The notes below the pieces were generated by a model. That model ran no database searches. It was not told the DNA's origin and was given only the letters and a program-made list of their open reading frames with translations. A stretch of DNA of 64,000 nt from the human T2T-CHM13v2.0 reference genome, Homo sapiens. A program made the position numbers and the translations under genes. The stretch's first letter is position 1. Every line of letters begins with the position of its first letter. Location: assembly GCF_009914755.1 (NCBI RefSeq), contig NC_060936.1. One strand, given 5' to 3'. Below, piece after piece: positions 53,501 to 64,000 of this stretch.

Positions 53501-56500
53501 GGAAGGTTCAACTCTGTGAGTTGAATACACACAGCACAAATAAGTTACTGAGAATTCTTCTGTGTAACATTATATGAGGAAATCCCGTTTCCAACGAAGG
53601 CCTCAAAGAGGTCCAAATATCCACTTGCAGACTTTACAAAGACAGTGTCTCCAAACTCCTCCATCAAAAGAAAGGTTATACTCTTTGAATTGAACGCACA
53701 CATCACAAAGTAGTTTCTGAGAATGATTCTGTCTAGTTTTTATACGAAGATATTTCCTTTTCTACATTTGGCCTAAAAGCGCTTGAAATCTCCACGTGCA
53801 AATATCACAAAAAGAGGGTTTCAGATGTGCTCTGTCAAAAGGACAGTTCACCTCTGTGAGTTGAATAGAGGCAACACAAAGAACTTACTCAGTATTCTTC
53901 TTTCTAGCGTTCTATGAAGAAATCCCGTTTCCAACGAAGGCCTCAAAGAGGTCAAATATCTGCTTGTAGACTTTACAGACAGAGTGTTTCCAAACTACTC
54001 TATGAAAAGAAAGCTTAAACTCCTTGAGTTGAACGCACACATCACAAAGTAGTTTCTGAGAATGATTCTGTCTAGTTTTTATACGAAGATGTTTCCTTTT
54101 CTACCTTTGGTCTCAAAGCGATTGAAATCTCCACATGGAAACTCCACAAAAAGAGTGTTTCAAATCTGCTCTCTCTGAAGGAAGGTTCAACTCTGTGAGT
54201 TGAATACACACACCACAAATAAGTTACTGGGAATTCTTCTGTGTAACATTATATGAGGAAATCCCGTTTCCAACGAAGGCCTCAAAGAGGTCCAAATATC
54301 CACTTGCAGACTTTACAAAGACAGTGTATCCAAACTCCTCCATCAAAAGAAAGGTTATACTCTGTGAATTGAACGCACACATCACAAAGTAGTTTCTGAG
54401 AATGATTCTGTCTAGTTTTTATACGAAGATATTTCCTTTTCTACATTTGGCCTAAAAGCGCTTGAAATCTCCACCTGCAAATATCACAAAAAGACGGTTT
54501 CACATGTGCTCTGTCTAAAGGACAGTTCACCTCTGTGAGTTGAATAGAGGCAACACAAAGAACTTACTCAGTATTCTTCTTTCTAGCGTTCTATGAAGAA
54601 ATCCCTTTTCCAACGAAGGCCTCAAAGAGGTCCAAATATCTGCTTGCAGACTTTACAGAGTGTTTCCAAACTACTCTATGAAAAGAAAGCTTAAACTCCT
54701 TGAGTTGAACGCACACATCACAAAGTAGTTTCTGAGAATGATTCTGTCTAGTTTTTATACGAAGATGTTTCCTTTTCTACATTTGGTCTCAAAGCGATTG
54801 AAATCTCCAACTGGAAACTGCACAAATAGGGTGTTTCGAATCTGCTCTGTCTAAAGGAAGGTTCAACTCTGTGAGTTGAATACACACACCACAAATAAGT
54901 TACTGAGAATTCTTCTGTCGAACATTACATGAAGAAATCCCGTTTCCAACGAAGGCCTCAAAGAGGTCCAAATATCCACTTGCAGACATTACAAACAGTG
55001 TGTTTCCAAACTGCTCCATCAAAAGAAAGGTTAAACTCTGTGAGCTGAACACACACATCAAAAAGAAGTTTCTGTGAATGATTCTGTCTAGATTTTATAA
55101 GAAGATGTTTCCTTTTCTACCGTAGGCCTCAAAGCGCTTGAAATCTCCAGCTGCAAATTCCACAAAAAGGGTGTTTAACATCTGCTCTTCTAAAGGAAAG
55201 TTCAACTCTATGAGTTGAATACACACAGCACAAAGAAGTTACTGAGACTTCTCCTATCAAACATTATATGAAGAAATCCCGTTTCCAACGAAGGCCTCAA
55301 AGAGGTCCAAATATCTGCTTGCAGACTTTACAGACAGAGTTTTTACAAACTGCTCCATCAAAAGAAAGGTTAAACTCCTTGAGTTGAACACACATATCAC
55401 AAAGTAGTTTCTGTGAATGATTCCGCCTAGTTTTTATACGAAGATGTTTCCTTTTCTACCTTTGGTCTCAAAGCGATTGAAATCTCCACATGGAAACTCC
55501 ACAAAAAGAGTGTTTCAAATCTGCTCTTTCTGAAGGAAGGTTCAACTCTGTGAGTTGAATACACACACCACAAATAAGTTACTGAGAATTCTTCTGTGTA
55601 ACATTATATGAGGAAATCCCGTTTCCAACGAAGGCCTCAAAGAGGTCCAAATATCCACTTGCAGACTTTACAAAGACAGTGTCTCCAAACTCCTCCATCA
55701 AAAGAAAGGTTATACTCTGTGAATTGAACGCACACATCACAAAGTAGTTTCTGAGAATGATTCTGTCTAGTTTTTATACGAAGATATTTCCTTTTCTACA
55801 TTTGGCCTAAAAGCGCTTGAAATCTCCACCTGCAAATATCACAAAAAGAGGGTTTCACATCTGCTCTGTCTAAAGGACAGTTCACCTCTGTGAGTTGAAT
55901 AGAGGCAACACAAAGAACTTACTCAGTATTCTTCTTTCTAGCGTTCTATGAAGAAATCCCGTTTCCAACGAAGGCCTCAAAGAGGTCCAAATATCTGCTT
56001 GCAGACTTTACAGACAGAGTGTTTCCAAACTACTCTATGAAAAAAAGCTTAAACTCCTTGAGTTGAACGCACACATCACAAAGTAGTTTCTGAGAATGAT
56101 TCTGTCTAGTTTTTATACGAAGATGTTTCCTTTTCTACATTTGGTCTCAAAGCGATTGAAATCTCCTACTGGAAACTGCACAAATAGGGTGTTTCAAATC
56201 TGCTCTGTCTAAAGGAAGGTTCAACTCTGTGAGTTGAATACACACACCACAAATAAGTTACTGAGAATTCTTCTGTCAAACATTACATGAAGAAATCCCG
56301 TTTCCAACGAAGGCCTCAAAGAGGTCCAAATATCTGCTTGCAGACTTTACAGACAGAGTGTTTCCAAACTGCTGCATCAAAAGAAAGGTTAACCTCCTTG
56401 AGTTGAACCCACACATCACAAAGTAGTTTCTGTGAATGATTCTGTCTAGATTTTATAAGAAGATGTTTCCTTTTCTACCGTAGGCCTCAAAGCGCTTGAA

Positions 56501-56974
56501 ATCTCCAGCTGCAAATTCCACAAAAAGGGTGTTTAACATCTGCTCTTCTAAAGGAAAGTTCAACTCTATGAGTTGAATACACACAGCACAAAGAAGTTAC
56601 TGAGACTTCTCCTATCAAACATTATATGAAGAAATTCCGTTTCCAACGAAGGCCTCGAAGAGGTCCAAATATCTGCTTGGAGACTTTACAGACAGAGTTT
56701 TTCCAAACTGCTCCATCAAAAGAAAGGTTAAACTCCTTGAGTTGAACACACACATCACAAAGTAGTTTCTGTGAATGATTCTGTCTAGTTTTTATACGAA
56801 GATGTTTCCTTTTCTACCTTTGGTCTCAAAGCGATTGAAATCTCCACATGGAAACTCCACAAAAAGAGTGTTTCAAATCTGCTCTTTCTGAAGGAAGGTT
56901 CAACTCTGTGAGTTGAATACACACACCACAAATAAGTTACTGAGAATTCTTCTGTGTAACATTATATGAGGAAA

Positions 56975-59348
56975 TCCCGTTTCCAACGAAGGCCTCAAAG
57001 AGGTCCAAATATCCACTTGCAGACATTACAAAGACAGTGTCTCCAAACTCCTCCATCAAAAGAAAGGTTATACTCTGTGAATTGAACGCACACATCACAA
57101 AATAGTTTCTGAGAATGATTCTGTCTAGTTTTTATACGAAGATATTTCCTTTTCTACATTTGGCTTAAAAGCGCTTGAAATCTCCACCTGCAAATATCAC
57201 AAAAAGAGGGTTTCACATCTGCTCTGTCTAAAGGACAGTTCACCTCTGTGAGTTGAATAGAGGCAACACAAAGAACTTACTCAGTATTCTTCTTTCTAAC
57301 GTTCTATGAAGAAATCCCGTTTCCAACGAAGGCCTCAAAGAGGTCCAAATATCTGCTTGCAGACTTTACAGACAGAGTGTTTCCAAACTACTCTATGAAA
57401 AGAAAGCTTAAACTCCTTGAGTTGAACGCACACATCACAAAGTAGTTTCTGAGAATGATTCTGTCTTGTTTTTATACAAAGGTATTTCCGTTTCTATGGC
57501 TTCAAAGCGATTGAAATCTCCAACTGGAAACTGCACAAATAGGGTGTTTCAAATCTGCTCTGTCTAAAGGAAGGTTCAACTCTGTGAGTTGAATACACAC
57601 ACCACAAATAAGTTACTGAGAATTCTTCTGTCGAACATTACATGAAGAAATCGCGTTTCCAACGAAGGCCTGAAAGAGGTCCAAATATCCACTTGCAGAC
57701 ATTGCAAAAAGAGTGTTTCCAAACTACTCCATCAAAAGAAATGTTAAACTCTGTGAGCTGAACACACACATCAAAAAGAAGTTTCTGTGAATGATTCTGT
57801 CTAGATTTTATAAGAAGATGTTTCCTTTTCTACCGTAGGCCTCAAAGCGCTTGAAATCTCCAGCTGCAAATTCCACAGAAAGGGTGTTTAACATCTGCTC
57901 TTCTAAAGGAAAGTTCAACTCTATGAGTTGAATACACACAGCACAAAGAAGTTACTGAGACTTCTCCTATCAAACATTATATGAAGAAATCCCGTTTCCA
58001 ACGAAGGCCTCAAAGAGGTCCAAATATCTGCTTGCAGACTTTACAGACAGAGTGTTTCCAAACTAGTCTATGAAAAGAAAGCTTAAACTCCTTGATTTGA
58101 ACGCACACATCACAAAGTAGTTTCTGAGAATGATTCTGTCTAGTTTTTATACGAAGATGTTTCCTTTTCTACATTTGGTCTCAAAGCGATTGAAATCTCC
58201 AACTGGAAACTGCAAAAATAGGGTGTTTCAAATCTGCTCTGTCTAAAGGAAGGTTCAACTCTGTGAGTTGAATACAGACACCACAAATATGTTACTGAGA
58301 ATTCTTCTGTCGAACGTTACATGAAGAAATCCCGTTTCCAATGAAGGCCTCAAAGAGGTCCAAGTATCCTCTTGCAGACATTACAAACAGAGTGTTTCCA
58401 AACTGCTCCATCAAAAGAAAGGTTAAACTCTGTGAGCTGAACACACACATCAAAAAGAAGTTTCTGTGAATGATTCTGTCTAGATTTTATAAGAAGATGT
58501 TTCCTTTTCTACCGTAGGCCTCAAAGCGCTCGAAATCTCCAGCTGCAAATTCCACAAAAAGGGTGTTTATCATCTGCTCTTCTAAAGGAAAGTTCAACCC
58601 TATGAGTTGAATACACACAGCACAAAGAAGTTACTGAGACTTCTCCTATCAAACATTATATGAAGAAATCCCGTTTCCAATGAAGGCCTCAAAGAGGTCC
58701 AAATATCTGCTTGCAGACTTCACAGACAGAGTGTTTCCAAACTGCTCCATGAAAGGAAAGGTTAAACTCCTTGAGTTGAACACACACATCACAAAGTAGT
58801 TTCTGTGAATGATTCTTTCTAGTTTTTATAGAAAGATGTTTCCTTTTCTACCTTTGGTCTCAATGCGATTGAAATCTCCATATGGAAACCCCACAAAAAG
58901 AGTGTTTCAAACCTGCTCTTTCTGAAGGAAGGTTCAACTCTGTGAGTTGAATACACACAACACAAATAAGTTACTGAGAATTCTTCTGTGTAACATTATA
59001 TGAGGAAATCCCGTTTCCAACGAAGGCCTCAAAGAGGTCCAAATATCCACTTGCAGACTTTACAAAGACAGTGTCTCCAAACTCCTCCATCAAAAGAAAG
59101 GTTATACTCTGTGAATTGAACGCACACATCACAAAGTAGTTTCTGAGAATGATTCTGTCTAGTTTTTATACGAAGATATTTCCTTTTCTACATTTGGCCT
59201 AAAAGCGCTTGAAATCTCCACCTGCAAATATCACAAAAAGAGGGTTTCACATCTGCTCTGTCTAAAGGACAGTTCACCTCTGTGAGTTGAGTAGAGGTAA
59301 CACAAAGAACTTACTCAGTATTCTTCTTTCTAGCATTACATGAAGAAA
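56975..59348. repeat. Diverged copy of 46796-51204 that lacks the 2035-bp segment 47811-49845
   Basis: Offset is 10179 for acaaaatagtt and atcgcg...cctgaaag...cattgcaaaaagag. Offset is then 8144 for ccttgatttg, cgttacatg, ccaatgaag, cttcacag, catgaaaggaa and gagtagaggtaac. Confidence 0.85.
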
Positions 59349-62300
59349 TCCCGTTTCCAACGAAGGCCTCAAAGAGGTCCAAATATCTCTTTGCAGACTT
59401 TACAGACAGAGTGTTTCCAAACTACTCTATGAAAAGAAAGCTTAAACTCCTTGAGTTGAACGCACACATCACAAAGTAGTTTCTGAGAATGATTCTGTCT
59501 TGTTTTTATACAAAGTTATTTCCGTTTCTATGATTGGCCTCAAAGCGATTGAAATCTCCAACTGGAAACTGCACAAATAGGGTGTTTCAAATCTGCTCTG
59601 TCTAAAGGAAGGTTCAACTCTGTGAGTTGAATACACACACCACAAATAAGTTACTGAGAATTCTTCTGTCGAACATTACATGAAGAAATCCCGTTTCCAA
59701 TGAAGGCCTCAAAGAGGTCAAAATATCCACTTGCAGGCATTACGAACAGAGGGTTTCCAAACTGCTCCATCAAAAGAAAGGTTAAACTCTGTGAGCTGAA
59801 CAGACACATCAAAAAGAAGTTTCTGTGAATGATTCTGTCTAGATTTTATAAGAAGATGTTTCCTTTTCTACCGTAGGCCTCAAAGCGCTTGAAATCTCCA
59901 GCTGCAAATTCCACAAAAAGGGTGTTTAACATCTGGTCTTCTAAAGGAAAGTTCAACTCTATGAGTTGAATACACACAGCACAAAGAAGTTACTGAGACT
60001 TCTCCTATCAAACATTAAATGAAGCAATCCCGTTTCCAACGAAGGCCTCAAAGAGGTCCAAATATCTGCTTGCAGACTTTACAGACAGAGTGTTTCCAAA
60101 CTGCTCCATCAAAAGAAAGGTTAACCTCCTTGAGTTGAACACACACATCACAAAGTAGTTTCTGAGAATGATTCTGTCTAGTTTTTATACGAAGATGTTT
60201 CCTTTTCTACCTTTGGTCTCAAAGCGATTGAAATCTCCACATGGAAACTCCACAAAAAGAGTGTTTCAAATCTGCTCTGTCTAAAGGAAGGTTCAACTCT
60301 GTGAGTTGAATACACACACCACAAATAAGTTACTGAGAATTCTTCTGTGTAACATTATATGAGGAAATCCCGTTTCCAACGAAGGCCTCAAAGAGGTCCA
60401 AATATCCACTTGCAGACTTTACAAAGACAGTGTCTCCAAACTCCTTCATCAAAAGAAAGGTTATACTCTGTGAATTGAACGCACACATCACAAAGTACTT
60501 TCTGAGAATGATTCTGTCTAGTTTTTATACAAAGATATTTCCTTTTCTACATTTGGCCTAAAAGCGCTTGAAATCTCCACCTGCAAATATCACAAAAAGA
60601 GGGTTTCACATCTGCTCTGTCTAAAGGACAGTTCACCTCTGTGAGTTGAATAGAGGCAACACAAAGAACTTACTCAGTATTCTTCTTTCTAGCGTTATAT
60701 GAAGAAATCCCGTTTCCAACGAAGGCCTCAAAGAGGTCCAAATATCTGCTTGCAGACTTTACAGACAGAGTGTTTCCAAACTACTCTATGAAAAGAAAGC
60801 TTAAACTCCTTGAGTTGAACGCACACATCACAAAGTAGTTTCTGAGAATGATTCTGTCTTGTTTTTATACAAAGTTATTTCTGTTTCTATGATTGGCTTC
60901 AAAGCGATTGAAATCTCCAACTGGAAACTGCACAAATAGGGTGTTTCAAATCTGCTCTGTCTAAAGGAAGGTTCAACTCTGTGAGTTGAATACACACACC
61001 ACAAATAAGTTACTGAGAATTCTTCTGTCGAACATTACATGAAGAAATCCCGTTTCCAACGAAGGCCTCAAAAGGTCCAAATATCCACTTGCAGACATTA
61101 CAAACAGAGTGTTTCCAAACTGCTCCATCAAAAGAAAGGTTAAACTCTGTGAGCTGAACACACACATCAAAAAGAAGTTTCTGTGAATGATTCTGTCTAG
61201 ATTTTATAAGAAGATGTTTCCTTTTCTACCGTAGGCCTCAAAGTGCTTGAAATCTCCAGCTGCAAATTCCACAAAAAGGGTGTTTAACACCTGCTCTTCT
61301 AAAGGAAAGTTCAACTCAATGAGTTGAATACACACAGCACAAAGAAGTTACTGAGACTTCTCCTATCAAACATTATATGAAGAAATCCCGTTTCCAACGA
61401 AGGCCTCAAAGAGGTCCAAATATCTGCTTGCAGACTTTGCAGACAGAGTGTTTCCAAACTGCTCCATCAAAAGAAAGGTTAACCTCCTTGAGTTGAACAC
61501 ACACATCACAAAGTAGTTTCTGAGAATGATTCTGTCTAGTTTTTATACGAAGATGTTTCCTTTTCTACCTTTGGTCTCAAAGCGATTGAAATCTCCACAT
61601 GGAAACTCCACAAAAAGAGTGTTTCAAATCTGCTCTGTCTAAAGGAAGGTTCAACTCTGTGAGTTGAATACACACACCACAAATAAGTTACTGAGAATTC
61701 TTCTGTGTAACATTATATGAGGAAATCCCGTTTCCAACGAAGGCCTCAAAGAGGTCCAAATATCCACTTGCAGACTTTACAAAGACAGTGTCTCCAAACT
61801 CCTCCATCAAAAGAAAGGTTATACTCTGTGAATTGAACGCACACATCACAAAGTAGTTTCTGAGAATGATTCTGTCTAGTTTTTATACGAAGATATTTCC
61901 TTTTCTACATTTGGCCTATAAGCGCTTGAAATCTCCACCTGCAAATATCACAAAAAGAGGGTTTCACATCTGCTCTGTCTGAAGGACAGTTCACCTCTAG
62001 GAGTTGAATAGAGGCAACACAAAGAACTTACTCAGTATTCTTCTTTCTAGCGTTATATGAAGAAATGCCGTTTCCAACGAAGGCCTCAAAGAGGTCCAAA
62101 TATCTGCTTGCAGACTTTACAGACAGAGTGTTTCCAAACTACTCTATGAAAAGAAAGCTTAAACTCCTTGAGTTGAACGCACACATCACAAAGTAGTTTC
62201 TGAGAATGATTCTGTCTTGTTTTTATACAAATGTATTTCCGTTTCTATGGCCTCAAAGCAATTGAAATCTCCAACTGGAAACTGCCCAAATAGGGTGTTT

Positions 62301-64000
62301 CAAATCTGCTCTGTCTAAAGGAAGGTTCAACTCTGTGAGTTGAATACACACACCACAAATAAGTTACTGAGAATTCTTTTGTCGAGCATTACATGAAGAA
62401 ATCCCGTTTCCAACGAAGGCCTCAAAGAGGTCCAAATATCCACTTGCAGACATTACAAACAGAGTGTTTCCAAACTGCTCCATCAAAAGAAAGTTTAAAC
62501 TCTGTGAGCTGAACACACACATCAAAAAGAAGTTTCTGTGAATGATTCTGTCTAGATTTTATAAGAAGATGTTTCCTTTTCTACCGTAGGCCTCAAAGCG
62601 CTTGAAATCTCCAGCTGCAAATTCCACAAAAAGGGTGTTTAACATCTGCTCTTCTAAAGGAAAGTTCAACTCTATGAGTTGAATACACACAGCACAAAGA
62701 AGTTACTGAGACTTCTCCTATCAAACATTATATGAAGAAATCCCGTTTCCAACGAAGGCCTCAAAGAGGTCCAAATATCTGCTTGCAGACTTTACAGACA
62801 GAGTGTTTCCAAACTGCTCCATCAAAAGAAAGGTTAACCTCCTTGAGTTGAACACACACATCACAAAGTAGTTTCTGTGAATGATTCTGTCTAGTTTTTA
62901 TACGAAGATTTTTCCTTTTCTACCTTTGGTCTCAATGCGATTGAAATCTCCACATGGAAACTCCACAAAAAGAGTGTTTCAAATCTGCTCTGTCTAAAGG
63001 AAGGTTCAACTCTGTGAGTTGAATACACACACCACAATTAAGTTACTGAGAATTCTTCTGTGTAACATTATATGAGGAAATCCCGTTTCCAACGAAGACC
63101 TCAAAGAGGTCCAAATATCCACTTGCAGACTTTACAAAGACAGTGTCTCCAAACTCCTCCATCAAAAGAAAGGTTATACTCTGTGAATTGAACGCACACA
63201 TCACAAAGTAGTTTCTGAGAATGATTCTGTCTAGTTTTTATACGAAGATATTTCCTTTTCTACATTTGGCCAAAAAGCGCTTGAAATCTCCACCTGCAAA
63301 TATCACAAAAAGAGGGTTTCACATCTGCTCTGTCTAAAGGACAGTTCACCTCTGTGAGTTGAATAGAGGCAACACAAAGAACTTACTCAGTATTCTTCTT
63401 TCTAGCTTTCTATGAAGAAATCCCGTTTCCAACGAAGGCCTCAAAGAGGTCCAAATATCTGCTTGCAGACTTTACAGACAGAGTGTTTCCAAACTACTCT
63501 ATGAAAAGAAAGCTTAAACTCCTTAAGTTGAACGCACACATCACAAAGTAGTTTCTGAGAATGATTCTGTCTTGTTTTTATACAAATGTATTTCCGTTTC
63601 TATGATTGGCCTCAAAGCGATTGAATTCTCCAACTGGAAACTGCACAAATAGGGTGTTTCAAATCTGCTCTGTGTAAAGTAAGTTTCAACTCTGTGAGTT
63701 GAATACACACACCAAAAATAAGTTACTGAGAATTCTTCTGTGTAACATTATATGAGGAAATCCCGTTTCCAACGAAGGCCTCAAAGAGGTCCATATATCC
63801 ACTTGCAGACTTTACAAAGACAGGGTCTCCAAACTCCTCCATCAAAAGAAAGGTTATACTCTGTGAATTGAACGCACACATCACAAAGTAGTTTCTGAGA
63901 AAGATTCTGTCTAGTTTTTATACGAAGATATTTCCTTTTCTACATTTGGCCTATAAGCGCTTGAAATCTCCACCTGCAAATAACACAAAAAGAGGGTTTC

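Larger units (their letters stand above)
1..64000 (-). repeat. Centromeric alpha-satellite HOR array, SF1-type dimeric, 8-mer of 1359 bp; most likely human chromosome 12 D12Z3 (S1C12H1L)
   Basis: Continuous ~170-bp tandem monomers with alpha-satellite motifs (tgtgagttgaa, tttctgagaatgattctgtctag). A CENP-B box occurs every ~340 bp. The four recurring dimers are A (ccacatgg...tgtgtaacattatatgagg), B (gacagtgtctcc...agaggcaac), C (ctactctatg...aagctt...gtcgaac) and D (gagctgaac...cagctg...cctatcaaac). The minus-strand context gggatttcttcatataatg...gaagaattctcagtaactt is typical of SF1. Alpha-satellite identity is near certain; the chromosome assignment is from recall (about 0.7). Confidence 0.98.

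Noticed and set aside
60973-61170. 65-aa ORF
   Set aside because: Frameshift product of a 1-bp deletion (ctcaaaaggtcc at ~61070).
1-64000. CRISPR-like look of an invariant ~43-bp block every 340 bp
   Set aside because: The intervening sequences are ~300 bp, homologous to each other and repeated. The block is the CENP-B box region and no cas genes are present.
1-64000. L1/Alu insertion, inversion or unique sequence inside the array
   Set aside because: None seen: no poly-A tail, no strand switch and no break in the 335-340 bp box spacing.
1-64000. Assignment to SF2 8-mer arrays (chromosome 14/22 or 18), or a synthetic HAC-type array
   Set aside because: The box-flanking sequence looks SF1-like, and the nested, lineage-like variation is what a natural array shows. 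The chromosome call still needs an alignment.
1-64000. A new gene-encoded biological system
   Set aside because: There is no coding or RNA-gene evidence. Any novelty is limited to array architecture and could already be catalogued in T2T/HPRC centromere annotations.

Overview
The whole 64 kb window is primate, very probably human, centromeric alpha-satellite DNA in one uninterrupted orientation. It consists of ~170-bp monomers paired into ~340-bp dimers, with a CENP-B box in every second monomer (canonical motif on the - strand). The basic higher-order repeat (HOR) is an 8-mer of 1359 bp built from four dimers, here named A, B, C and D (340+340+340+339 bp, each counted from its CENP-B box). 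The monomers look like suprachromosomal family 1 (J1/J2). The best match from memory is the chromosome 12 live array D12Z3 (S1C12H1L), with D10Z1 as the alternative; this needs confirming by alignment. I see no genes, transposons, inversions or unique DNA, and the listed ORFs are by-products of satellite variants. I found no new gene system. The interest lies in the array architecture: a 28-monomer (4745 bp) super-repeat, a 13-20 kb nested duplication, amplified dead CENP-B boxes, hybrid dimers, divergent patches, and a young homogeneous block (about 4.4-46.8 kb) between more diverged flanks that share variants. All coordinates and counts were read by eye and may be off by a few bases.
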